A stretch of 63,958 nucleotides of DNA, counting the filler, from an uncultured bacterium (GTDB lineage Bacteria > CAYJOG01), in the NCBI GenBank assembly GCA_964371695.1. It is 15 parts of 15 records of this genome, joined end to end, with 100 filler letters (N's around TTAATTAATTAA, not from the genome) between each part and the next. Parts side by side here need not be neighbours in the genome. Positions count along the whole stretch, not along the records: positions 8,747 to 13,013 come from CAYJOG010000306.1; positions 13,114 to 17,376 come from CAYJOG010000307.1; positions 17,477 to 21,737 come from CAYJOG010000308.1; 12 more parts are not named here. One strand, 5' to 3'. Under the pieces are notes generated by a model that was given only the letters and a program-made list of their open reading frames with translations, ran no database searches and was not told where the DNA came from. Positions within the stretch are counted from its first letter, which is position 1. Each line of letters opens with the position of its first letter. Position numbers and translations under genes: made by a program. Below are positions 9,296 through 18,566 of the stretch, piece by piece.

Positions 9296-10666
9296 TTACA
9301 CCTTGAACCGGGTGATCATGCTCTTCAGGCCCTCGGCGATTTCGGCCAGTTTGTGGCTGTTGCTCACGATTTCCTCCACCGAGGCGTTCTGCTGCTGGGC
9401 AAAGGCGCTGACTTCCTCGGCGCTGGCGGTGGCTTCTTCGGTGATGTTGGCCACGTTGTCCATGGCCTCTACCACCTTGCGGTTTTCCGTGGCCATTTCC
9501 TCGGCGTTGCGGCTGATGGCGCCAATCTGCTCCACAATGTTGGCCACCACCTGATTGATCTCCTCAAAGGCCCCGCCCGCCTCCACCACGGCGGCCACGC
9601 CGTTTTCCACCACCTCGGTCTGGTTCTGGATGCCTTCGCTGGCCCGTTTGCTCTCGTGCTGGATCTCTTTGATGAGGTTGGCGATCTGGTTGGCCGCGCC
9701 GCCGCTTTCTTCGGCCAGTTTGCGCACTTCTTCGGCCACCACGGCAAAACCCCGGCCCTGTTCACCGGCGCGGGCGGCCTCGATGGCGGCGTTCAGCGCC
9801 AGCAGGTTGGTCTGCTCGGCGATGGAGGTGATGACCTCGACGATCTGGGTGATTTCCAGCGTGCGTTCGCCCAGTTTCACCACCACCTCGGCGGTTTCGG
9901 TGACGTGTTTCTGGATGACTTCCATTTTTTCCACGGCTTTGCCCACGCTGAGGCTGCCGTTGGAAACCGTGTTCAGGGCCTGCTGGCTGGAACTGGACAC
10001 CGTGCGGCTGCTGTCCACCACACCGGCGATGGCGCTGGAGGCCCGCTGCACCGCCAGACTGGCTTCTTCCACACTTTTGGCCTGATTCTGCGCGCCTGCG
10101 GCCAGTTCGGAGATGGTGGTGGCCACCTGCTCGGTCACCTTGCCCGCCTCGGTGGCGCTCACGGCGGTTTCGCGGCTGGCGGTGCTCACCTTGTCCGCCA
10201 CATCACCCATTTCCACCACCAGATTCCGCAAATTGCCCACGGTTTTGTTCATGCTGTCGCACACCCGGCCGATTTCGTCGCGCCCGTGGCTTTTGTAGCG
10301 CACGGTGAGGTTGCCCTCACCCATGGCCTTGCTGGTTTCGGCCACGCTGGCCAGGGGGCGGCTGATGCCCGTCTGCACCAGCACCATCAGCACCAGATTG
10401 GCCAACACCACCACCGCCAGACCCCCCGCCGCCACCAGACTGATCACCGACTGGTTCTCTCCCATGGCCTTCAGGTCGTTGTTCAGGTTCGCCAGGGCGG
10501 TTTTGTCCTTGCCTTCGCTCTGCACCAGCAGACTCAGGTGGGGCGAGGCGTAATCGTTGATGATCTGAAGCTGTGTCTGGTTGCTCATGAGCAAACCGCC
10601 GATGACCCCAATGGCTGCCACCAGAGTCACAAAAATGCCCGCCGTGAACTTGCCTTTCAGGCTCAT
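9296..10666 (-). CDS. Methyl-accepting chemotaxis protein
   Basis: Two TM segments, HAMP (GRDEIG), [38 protein letters not shown]. Confidence 0.97.
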   Translation of the reverse strand: MSLKGKFTAGIFVTLVAAIGVIGGLLMSNQTQLQIINDYASPHLSLLVQSEGKDKTALANLNNDLKAMGENQSVISLVAAGGLAVVVLANLVLMVLVQTGISRPLASVAETSKAMGEGNLTVRYKSHGRDEIGRVCDSMNKTVGNLRNLVVEMGDVADKVSTASRETAVSATEAGKVTEQVATTISELAAGAQNQAKSVEEASLAVQRASSAIAGVVDSSRTVSSSSQQALNTVSNGSLSVGKAVEKMEVIQKHVTETAEVVVKLGERTLEITQIVEVITSIAEQTNLLALNAAIEAARAGEQGRGFAVVAEEVRKLAEESGGAANQIANLIKEIQHESKRASEGIQNQTEVVENGVAAVVEAGGAFEEINQVVANIVEQIGAISRNAEEMATENRKVVEAMDNVANITEEATASAEEVSAFAQQQNASVEEIVSNSHKLAEIAEGLKSMITRFKV

Positions 10667-10800
10667 ACGGGGCTCACTTTCCCGCAGTGGGCCGAGGCAA
10701 AATAAGTGTCAAAACACAGACAGAGGCTTCTCACAGGAAAGCCATTATCCTTAATAACACTCATCAAGCCAACCCCCCGGATTTCAAAATTTGTCGTACC

Positions 10801-11637
10801 TCACAACGGCCCGTAAAGCGCCAGAAAACAGGTGAGCGCCCAGCCCACAGCCGCCACCTGCAAGGGCGCGCTGGAATAAAAGTACATGATGGGGCTTTCC
10901 ATTTTTCCGGCGGCGCGGCCCTGGTTGAGCAGCAGCAGCCCCATGGCCACAAAAGGCAGCGTAATCGCCAGCCCCGCCTGACTGGAGCGGTCCACCACTT
11001 CCTGACTCAGTGAAAAAGCCACATAAATCAGAAAAGCCACGGTATAAAGCACCGTATAAATCCAGCCCGCGCCCGACAGCAGGGCGTAAACGCCGCTCTC
11101 TTTTTGCTCGGCCTGACGCTTGGCCAGACAGATGGGCAATGCCAGCGCCCCCGTGAGGGCCAGCAGCCAGGGCGAGGCGTGGGTGTTCATCACCTGGGCC
11201 CCTGCCTCGACACGCAGCAGATACAGCAGGGTCACCGCCACGGCGTCCACGCCGGGCTGCTGCTTGAAAAACACCGTGTAACCAATGGCCAGCACCAGAT
11301 AGGCCCCGCCCACCACCACCAGCCCCGGCCCCAGCACCCACAGGCCCACCAGCCCCATCAGCATGAGCCACGCCCCCGCCAGCAGAGCCTGGGTGGGGCT
11401 GACCAGATCAGCCGCAATGGGCCGGAGGGCTTTTTTGGGGTGCTCGCGGTCGCGGTCGCGGTCTTGCCAGTCGTTGAACACATATCCCGCGCTCGCAAGC
11501 CAGCAAAAAAACATGAACGCCAGCACGGCGCGCAGCACCAGTTCGCCCTGGCGCAGGTTGCCGCTCATCACCACCGGCACAAGCAACAGCAGGTTCTTGA
11601 TCCAGTGCGCGGGTCTTAAAAGATGAAAAATGGTCAT
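10801..11637 (-). CDS. UbiA prenyltransferase family (decaprenyl-phosphate phosphoribosyltransferase-like)
   Basis: LRPAHWIKNLL, YVFNDWQDRDRDREHPKKALRPIAA; multiple TMs; ATGA overlap with the upstream gene. Confidence 0.85.
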   Translation of the reverse strand: MTIFHLLRPAHWIKNLLLLVPVVMSGNLRQGELVLRAVLAFMFFCWLASAGYVFNDWQDRDRDREHPKKALRPIAADLVSPTQALLAGAWLMLMGLVGLWVLGPGLVVVGGAYLVLAIGYTVFFKQQPGVDAVAVTLLYLLRVEAGAQVMNTHASPWLLALTGALALPICLAKRQAEQKESGVYALLSGAGWIYTVLYTVAFLIYVAFSLSQEVVDRSSQAGLAITLPFVAMGLLLLNQGRAAGKMESPIMYFYSSAPLQVAAVGWALTCFLALYGPL

Positions 11638-12416
11638 GGTTTTTCGCAGACAAACCCGTGGCACTGGCCAAGACGGGCAAAGGGCGGGTGAGGCGCGAGG
11701 CCAGTTTCCACGCGCCTGCGGGTTGAATCAAGGGCAGGCGGCCAGAACATGTCCTCCAGCCGCTTCAGCGGCCCCATGAAATAAGGGATATAAGGTAAGA
11801 GTGTGATGGGGGCCTCGGCCCGCACCACAAAACCCGCCTGCGCCAGCAAAGCCCGCCAGCCCTGGGGCGGCAACCGCGTGAGGTGATGCCCCCTGTGGGG
11901 GTGAGGGTTGAAACGGCCCCGCAGACCCTCCAGGGCAAAGCCGTTGGGCACACTCACCAGCAGCACACCACCAGGGCGCATCACACGAAAAATCTCCCGC
12001 GCACCGGCAGCGGCATCCGCCAGATGCTCCAGCACCTCGCTGGCCACCACACCACCAAACACCTCCCCCGCAAAGGGCAGGCGCAGCAGGTTGGCCTGCA
12101 CACCCCCCTGGGCGCGTGCCAGATCAAAAGACAGGTCCAGACTCCGGGGCGGCGCGGCCAGGGGCCAGCTTTGTTCCAGATACCCCCCACCCGATCCCGC
12201 CACCAGCCAGGGGCCGCCCCCCGCGCTTTTCACCTGCGCCGCCAGCCAGAACAAACGGTCGCGGTGCAGGGGGCCGCTGTTTTCGTGTTGATGGGTGGGG
12301 TTTTCCTGCACCCATCGCAGGCGGCGGTTTTCGTCATCGCGCTCAGGCGCAAAACCCTTTCCGGAGGCACGGGTGGTTTTCCGGTTTTGTTCCCGCAACT
12401 TGTTGGGAGAAGGCAC
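11634..12416 (-). CDS. Class I SAM-dependent methyltransferase
   Basis: LVAGSGGG, LPF, SEVLEHL, RVMRPGGVLLVSVPN; GTG 12416 chosen from CATAAT-N6-GTG because the longer ORF overlaps folE. Confidence 0.8.
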   Translation of the reverse strand: MPSPNKLREQNRKTTRASGKGFAPERDDENRRLRWVQENPTHQHENSGPLHRDRLFWLAAQVKSAGGGPWLVAGSGGGYLEQSWPLAAPPRSLDLSFDLARAQGGVQANLLRLPFAGEVFGGVVASEVLEHLADAAAGAREIFRVMRPGGVLLVSVPNGFALEGLRGRFNPHPHRGHHLTRLPPQGWRALLAQAGFVVRAEAPITLLPYIPYFMGPLKRLEDMFWPPALDSTRRRVETGLAPHPPFARLGQCHGFVCEKP

Positions 12417-12495
12417 GGGGTCATTATGATGAACGGGCGCTGATAACCGCCACAGGGCGGTTTCTTCACCCACAACCCGGCGCAAGGAGCATCCC

Positions 12496-13013
12496 ATGCC
12501 CCCACCCTCCTGGGACGCCAATCACAAAGATTGGAAGGAACTGGCCACCGCCGGCCACAGCGGCGCACGCCAGCTCGAAACCCTCGAAAAGCTCTATCAC
12601 CAGTTGCTCACCGAACTGGGCGAAGACCCCCAGCGCGAGGGCCTGCTGAAAACGCCCTACCGCATGTCCAAGGCCATGCTGTTTCTCACGTCGGGTTATT
12701 ACCTGAACGTGCAGGAAGTGCTCAACGATGCGCTTTTCCAGTCCCCTGCCGAAGAAATGGTGGTGGTGCGCAACATCGAGTATTACAGCATGTGCGAGCA
12801 CCACCTGATTCCATTCTTTGGCAAGGCCCACGTGGCGTACATCCCTGACGGCAAAGTGGTGGGACTGAGCAAGGTGCCGCGCATTGTGGACGTGTTCGCA
12901 CGGCGTTTGCAGTTGCAGGAAACCATGACCGAACAGATCGCCCAGGCCATCATGGAGCACCTCAAACCCAAGGGTGTGGGCGTGGTCACCACGGGGTTTC
13001 ACCTGTGCATGGC
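12496..13013 (+). CDS. folE: GTP cyclohydrolase I, 3'-truncated
   Basis: [43 protein letters not shown]. Confidence 0.97.
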
Positions 13014-13274
13014 NNNNNNNNNNNNNNNNNNNNNNNNNNNNNNNNNNNNNNNNNNNNTTAATTAATTAANNNNNNNNNNNNNNNNNNNNNNNNNNNNNNN
13101 NNNNNNNNNNNNNAGACTACTCTAACACACAAAGTTTTGTAACTGACACACAGGGCTATCTCACGAAAAAGATTCGTGCGACCTCCAGCACACAATACAT
13201 CTTAGAAACTTTGTTCCCGAAGACTATGACAAGCGTCATGCCGAGAACGTTTATCGGCCACTTCGGGCAACCTG

Positions 13275-14165
13275 TCAATGGTTATCAGAAACATTGTTTC
13301 TGCGACTGCGCATCTTGGCCGGAACCCGTGTCGGTTGAGTTTGGGGTTTTGGTTTTTCTTCCTGAAACACCACTTCCACACCCAGTTCACCCGTGCGCCG
13401 CACGTCACGGATAGCCACCTTCAGGCCCTTTTTCTGAAAGGCGTTGATGATTTCCTTCATCAATTCGAAGCAGGTGAGCGCCAGTTGCAGCGGCGTGGCC
13501 CCCGGCTGGGACACGTTGGCTTTTTGCGACACCGCCGCCTCGCGGTTGCCCGCCCGCCGCAGGATTTCTTCTTTGCTCAGTCGCCCGGCATAAAGCTCTG
13601 CCAGGATTTTTTTGAGCTTGGTTTCATCCTGCACCGAGGTGAGCGCCCTGGCGGTGGGCTCGTCAATCATCTGGCTCACCAGCGCCCGCTTGAGCAGCGG
13701 CGGCATCGAAAGAATCCAGCCCCGCTCAATCAGTCCCGCCACGCTCTGGCCCAGGCGCTTGACCATGGCGTCCGGGTCTTTCAGTCCCAGTTCCTGGGCA
13801 ATGCGCATGTAGCCTTCCACTTCCTCTACCCGGTTCAGCGCCCGGCGGTGCATGTTCTCGATAAAAGCGATTTCCATCACCGCGTCGTCTTCCAGGTCTC
13901 GCACCAGAGCGGGAATGGTTTTTTTGCCCGCCATGCGGCTGGCCTTGAGCCGCCGCTCACCCGCCACCAGTTGAAAGTGCCGCCCCAGGGGCCGCACGAT
14001 GATGGGCTGCACCACGCCATAACGCTTGATGCTGTCGGCCAGTTCCTGCAACGATTCCTGATCAAACGTGCGCCGGGGCTGATAGGGATTGGTGGCGATG
14101 CGTTCCAGCGGCAGGTGATAAACCCGCACACTGCCCCCCCCCTCTTTTTTACCAAACAGTTTCAT
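13275..14165 (-). CDS. ParB/Spo0J/Noc-like protein
   Basis: NPYQPRRTF, ELADSIKRYGVVQPIIVR, LVAGERRLKA (CTP-binding arginine patch), IENMHR. Confidence 0.9.
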   Translation of the reverse strand: MKLFGKKEGGGSVRVYHLPLERIATNPYQPRRTFDQESLQELADSIKRYGVVQPIIVRPLGRHFQLVAGERRLKASRMAGKKTIPALVRDLEDDAVMEIAFIENMHRRALNRVEEVEGYMRIAQELGLKDPDAMVKRLGQSVAGLIERGWILSMPPLLKRALVSQMIDEPTARALTSVQDETKLKKILAELYAGRLSKEEILRRAGNREAAVSQKANVSQPGATPLQLALTCFELMKEIINAFQKKGLKVAIRDVRRTGELGVEVVFQEEKPKPQTQPTRVPAKMRSRRNNVSDNH

Positions 14166-14168
14166 GGC

Positions 14169-16346
14169 TCACCGCCTTGGTTCACCCTCTGGCGGCGGCG
14201 TGGTGGGGAAATGCAGGGTGAAGGTGGTGCCCACCCCCTCCTGGCTTTCCACCTGCACCTCGGCGCGATGGGCCTGCAAAATCGCGTAACTCACCGACAA
14301 CCCCAACCCCGTGCCCTGCCCCACCTCTTTGGTGGTATAAAACGGGTCAAACGCCTTTTGCCGCACCTCGGCGCTCATGCCCACGCCGTTGTCGCGCACC
14401 CGCAGCGCCACATGATGGCCCTCCTGAAAGAGGGTCAGTTCAATCTGGGGGGCGCGGCCATCCTGCTCGTGCATGCGGGTGACAGCGTGCTGGGCATTGA
14501 GCAGCAGGTTGGTAAGCACCTGTTCAATTTCCCCCGCGTCTCCCCACACCGGCGGCACATCCTGCAGGTCCACCTTCACCTGAAGGTATTTCATCTGGTG
14601 CGTGAGCAGCATCATCGTGTCTTCCACCACGGTTTTCAGGTTCACCGGCGTGTGTACACGGTCTCGCTGGCGGGCGAAACGCAGCACTTTTTCCACAATG
14701 TTTTTGCAGCGCACAGCGCCTTTTTCGATGATGGAAAGCCCCTTGAGCAGGTTTTCGTCCTGCACCTTGCGCTGGAGCATCTGCGTGTTGGCCAGAATCG
14801 CCCCCAGGGGGTTGTTGATTTCGTGGGCGATGCCCCCCGCCAGCGTGCCCACCGTGGCGAGTTTTTCGCTCTGCACCAGTTGTTGCTGGGTTTTTTGCAG
14901 GTTTTCATAGGCCTCCTGCACATGCTGGTTCATCTCGTGCAGTGCGCGGTTTTTTTCTTCCAGTTCGGTGGTGTAGCGACGGGCTGCATCTTGTTCGCCC
15001 TTGAGTTTCACCACTTCCAGTTCCCGCTCAATCAGCCCCACCCGCTCCACATGGTTGGCATAGGCGGTGGCGGTCATTTCCAGCATCCGCAGATCTTCAA
15101 GCGAAAAAGCCGCGTCGGACGAGGCCGCCAGCAGCAAAGCACCGTGGGCCTGACGATGCACCACCAGGGGCAATACCAGCACTGATCTTTCCTTGAGGGC
15201 CGGTTCCTCCAGGGCTTCGGCCACACGCTGAAGCGCACCACCGTCCTGTCCGGGCTGCATCAACCGCGCCCCCGCCCCTGCGCCAATCATCTGACAAAGC
15301 TTTTCCACAGGGGTGTTTTGCGGCGGAGACAGGGCCAAGTCTCGCCCCAATCCCAGCGAGGGGCGCTCCAGCTCTGACAGAAACCCGCCAGCCGGTGAGA
15401 ACTGCCGCGTGAGCTGGCGCACCAGCAGGGTGGAGAGTTCCGCCTGTGTGGTGATGGAGGAGCTTTCGATTTCCAGATCGTAGAGAAAACTCAGATCCTT
15501 CATCCGCCGCTGAAGCTCGTTTTGGGTGACTGCGAGCTGGGTATTTTTCTGCTTCAGGTCTTCGGTTTGCTCTTCGATGGCCTGGGCCATTTTGTTGAAC
15601 TGTCTGGCGGCAGCGCTGATTTCGTCCTGGCCGGGCACGTCTACCCGCGCCCCCAGTTCGCCCCGCGCCAGCGCCAGCACACCCTGCTGCAACAGGCCGA
15701 TGGGCCTGAGCACCGAACGCGTCAAGATCACCGAAAGCACCAGCGCCGCCAGCGCCGCCAGCCCCACCGCCTGAAAAATGGTCTGGGCCAGTTCCCGCTG
15801 CCGGGTCTCCACGCCACTCAGCGACAACCCCAGGGCCACGGCCCCCAGTTCATGCACCGTGGTTTTGGTCTGGCCAGCAGAATCACCAAAATCCTCCATG
15901 GCGGCCACCTGGGTTTCGCGGTAACGCACCGGCGCAAAAAACATGAAATAACCCTGGCTGTGGCGGGCCTGGGGCTGATCGCTCTGCATCGCCCGGCGTA
16001 TCACCCAGGCCAGGCGCTCAGCCCCCAGGGGTTTGCCTTCGCTGCTCACCACGCGCCCCTGGTTGTCCACCACCACCACAAAAGAGAGGTCGGGATTGAG
16101 CCGCTGATTGCCCACGCGGGCGGTAAGCCCACGGGCGGCATCGTGTACCTGATCATTCAGACCCACATAAACGGGATAAGCCACGGTGCGGCTCAGGTTG
16201 GTCACCAGCGTCATGCCCCGTTCGTTCATCTGGCGGATGACGAAATCAGCGGTGCTGCGTCGGGCCACAAACGCCGCCACGCCGCCCAGCACCACCATGG
16301 GCAACATCACCAGCACCGTCAGTTTTACGCCAAATCCCACCCTCAT
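14169..16346 (-). CDS. Membrane sensor histidine kinase (HAMP-GAF-HisKA-HATPase)
   Basis: Two TMs, GQDEI, AGGIAHEINNPL, QVLTNLLLNA, DNGVGM, FYTTK, GTGLGL. Confidence 0.95.
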   Translation of the reverse strand: MRVGFGVKLTVLVMLPMVVLGGVAAFVARRSTADFVIRQMNERGMTLVTNLSRTVAYPVYVGLNDQVHDAARGLTARVGNQRLNPDLSFVVVVDNQGRVVSSEGKPLGAERLAWVIRRAMQSDQPQARHSQGYFMFFAPVRYRETQVAAMEDFGDSAGQTKTTVHELGAVALGLSLSGVETRQRELAQTIFQAVGLAALAALVLSVILTRSVLRPIGLLQQGVLALARGELGARVDVPGQDEISAAARQFNKMAQAIEEQTEDLKQKNTQLAVTQNELQRRMKDLSFLYDLEIESSSITTQAELSTLLVRQLTRQFSPAGGFLSELERPSLGLGRDLALSPPQNTPVEKLCQMIGAGAGARLMQPGQDGGALQRVAEALEEPALKERSVLVLPLVVHRQAHGALLLAASSDAAFSLEDLRMLEMTATAYANHVERVGLIERELEVVKLKGEQDAARRYTTELEEKNRALHEMNQHVQEAYENLQKTQQQLVQSEKLATVGTLAGGIAHEINNPLGAILANTQMLQRKVQDENLLKGLSIIEKGAVRCKNIVEKVLRFARQRDRVHTPVNLKTVVEDTMMLLTHQMKYLQVKVDLQDVPPVWGDAGEIEQVLTNLLLNAQHAVTRMHEQDGRAPQIELTLFQEGHHVALRVRDNGVGMSAEVRQKAFDPFYTTKEVGQGTGLGLSVSYAILQAHRAEVQVESQEGVGTTFTLHFPTTPPPEGEPRR

Positions 16347-17230
16347 AATTTCTGCACCCTCACATGGTTGTTGCCAGGGGTTTTCACCTTCAGGTTGGCC
16401 CCCACGGTGCTGTTGAAATACTGCACGAGGTATTTCGGCTCACTCAGCGGCGGCAGGCGTTTGCGCAGCACCAGCTTGTCGCGCAGCAGGTTGGCGAGGT
16501 CTTGCGCGCTGCCCTGGGCGTCTGGCCCCAGGGTGTGCAAAAAGGGATATTTCTGAATGAACATCAGGCCATAACCCACCAAAGGCACCTTCTGGTTCAC
16601 CGCGTTCTTGCCCAGATAATCCAGGCCGCCATGGTCATAGGCCGCGCCGGGCTGGGCCAGAATCACATCCACCCGGTGCTGCATCAGCAGCCGCTGGGCG
16701 CACTGGGGCATTTCGCGGGGAGTGGCCAGAGAGCACGGCTCGGCCTGTAAGCCTTTCTGCGCTGCCACCGACTGCAACGCCCCCACTTTTTGGGGATTGG
16801 CGGCAAAGTTGTCCAGCACCCCCACGCGCCGGGCGCGGGGCAAGGTTTTTTTGATCCGCTCCAGTTGTGTGGCAAGGCTGGCGTTGATGTCCACCCCCGC
16901 CGCGTTGGGCTGGCGCAGGTTCAGTTTTTCGATGTGCACCGCCAAGGCGAAAAACACGGGTTTCTGTTTTTCGGCGGCCATGGCCAGCTCGGCGGCCTCC
17001 TGGCCAATGGCCACCACCGCCTCGAACTTGCCCTGCGAGAGATGCGCCCTGGCCTGGGAGGTGTCGGCCTGGGTATAAGCGGCGTCAAAATAACGGGGCA
17101 ACTGTTTGGCGGTGTCCAGATAAATCTTGAGGTTGCCCGTGACCACCAGCACACGGGGCTTTGCCAGCACAGCGCCCGGCCGCAAAAAAATGGCGGCAGA
17201 CAACAGAAGGGTCAGCGCCCCCCGCATCAA
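16343..17230 (-). CDS. ABC-type substrate-binding-like periplasmic protein
   Basis: Signal peptide; VVAIGQEA, PVFF, LPRARRVGVL; ATGA overlap with the kinase; start approximate (TTG 17230 or ATG 17227). Confidence 0.7.
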   Translation of the reverse strand: MMRGALTLLLSAAIFLRPGAVLAKPRVLVVTGNLKIYLDTAKQLPRYFDAAYTQADTSQARAHLSQGKFEAVVAIGQEAAELAMAAEKQKPVFFALAVHIEKLNLRQPNAAGVDINASLATQLERIKKTLPRARRVGVLDNFAANPQKVGALQSVAAQKGLQAEPCSLATPREMPQCAQRLLMQHRVDVILAQPGAAYDHGGLDYLGKNAVNQKVPLVGYGLMFIQKYPFLHTLGPDAQGSAQDLANLLRDKLVLRKRLPPLSEPKYLVQYFNSTVGANLKVKTPGNNHVRVQKL

Positions 17231-17290
17231 AAGGCGATTTTGCAACTTGAACAGTTTAACAGCGGATGATTTTCTGGCAGCAGATTTGGA

Positions 17291-17319
17291 TTGACCTGCC
17301 GGGCGCAGGCAGGGAGAAT
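17291..17319 (+). promoter_or_regulatory. sigma70-type promoter of tRNA-Gly
   Basis: TTGACC-N17-GAGAAT, 10 nt before the tRNA. Confidence 0.65.
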
Positions 17320-17329
17320 AAGGGCCTCT

Positions 17330-17376
17330 GCGGGAGTAGCTCAGTTGGTAGAGCATCAGCTTCCCAAGCTGAGGGT
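17330..17376 (+). tRNA. tRNA-Gly(CCC), truncated by contig end
   Basis: GCGGGAGTAGCTCAGTTGGTAGAGCA, anticodon arm TCAGC-TTCCCAA-GCTGA. Confidence 0.92.
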
Positions 17377-17587
17377 NNNNNNNNNNNNNNNNNNNNNNNN
17401 NNNNNNNNNNNNNNNNNNNNTTAATTAATTAANNNNNNNNNNNNNNNNNNNNNNNNNNNNNNNNNNNNNNNNNNNNAAAACAAAAATTTTTTGGGGGGGG
17501 GGCCCCCCCCCCCCAAATCAAAAAAAAACATTTTTTTTTTGGGGGGGGGGGGCCCCCCCCCCCGCCTTCGACCCATCAAACAGATCC

Positions 17588-18565
17588 ATGAGTGAACTGC
17601 GCTGGCATCCGCTGCGGGCCACCTGGGTGATCACCGCCACCCACCGTCAGGACCGCACCTTCAAGCCCCCGGCGAATTATTGCCCCCTGTGCCCCACGCG
17701 CCCCGGCGGCGCACCCACCGAGATTCCCGTGTCGGACATGGAAGTGGCGGTGTTCGAAAACCGCTTCCCCAGCCTCTGCACCCCCCCGCCCGCGCCAGAC
17801 GTGCAAAGCCAGCCCCTCATGCCCGTGGTTCCTGGCGCGGGCGTGTGCGAGGTGGTGGTGTTCAGCCCTGATCACATCGGCAGCCTGGGCACTCTGAGTG
17901 ATGAACGGCGCGAGCTGCTCATCCACGCATGGCGGCACCGCACGCAGGAACTTTACGCCCGCAAGGGTGTCCGTTACGTCATGATTTTCGAGAACCGGGG
18001 CGACGAAATCGGCGTGACCCTGAGCCACCCCCACGGCCAGATTTACGCCTATCCCTTCATTCCGCCGGTGCCCGCCCAGGAGCTGAAACAGGCCGCCGCC
18101 CATCACCGCAAAACGGGCCGCAACCTGTTTATGGACCTCGCCGCCCAGGAGCGCAAAACGGGCGACCGCGTGGTGTTCCGGGGCCGCCACTGGCTGCTTT
18201 ATGTACCTTTTTACGCCCAATATCCTTATGAAACCGTGCTCACGCCCCTTGCCCATACCCCCCTGCTGACCGATCTTTCCCCCGCCGCCGTCACCGAGCT
18301 GGCGGTGATTCTGGGAAAACTGGTGCGGACTTACGATAGGCTGTTCGACCAGCCCATGCCCTATCTGTGTCTGTTGCACCAAGGCCCACCGGGCAGGCGT
18401 TTCGCCCCGGTCTCGCAGGTGCGTTTCAACTTTTTACCCGCCCTGCGCGACCACAACAAACTCAAATATCTCGCAGGCTGCGAACAGGGCGCGGGCACAT
18501 TCATCAACGACACGCTGGCCGAGGTGACGGCAAAGCGCCTGGCCAGCCTTTTTGCAGGCTCCTGA
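17588..18565 (+). CDS. galT: Galactose-1-phosphate uridylyltransferase
   Basis: ELRWHPL..RQDRT, CPLCP, FENRFP, IFENRG..SHPHGQIYA. Confidence 0.93.
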   Translation: MSELRWHPLRATWVITATHRQDRTFKPPANYCPLCPTRPGGAPTEIPVSDMEVAVFENRFPSLCTPPPAPDVQSQPLMPVVPGAGVCEVVVFSPDHIGSLGTLSDERRELLIHAWRHRTQELYARKGVRYVMIFENRGDEIGVTLSHPHGQIYAYPFIPPVPAQELKQAAAHHRKTGRNLFMDLAAQERKTGDRVVFRGRHWLLYVPFYAQYPYETVLTPLAHTPLLTDLSPAAVTELAVILGKLVRTYDRLFDQPMPYLCLLHQGPPGRRFAPVSQVRFNFLPALRDHNKLKYLAGCEQGAGTFINDTLAEVTAKRLASLFAGS

Positions 18566-18566
18566 C

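Noticed and set aside
17477-17565. Duplicated A/T/G/C homopolymer palindromes (similar at 21690-21737 and 38990-39015)
   Set aside because: Low-complexity contig-end sequence typical of read-through errors at strong hairpins
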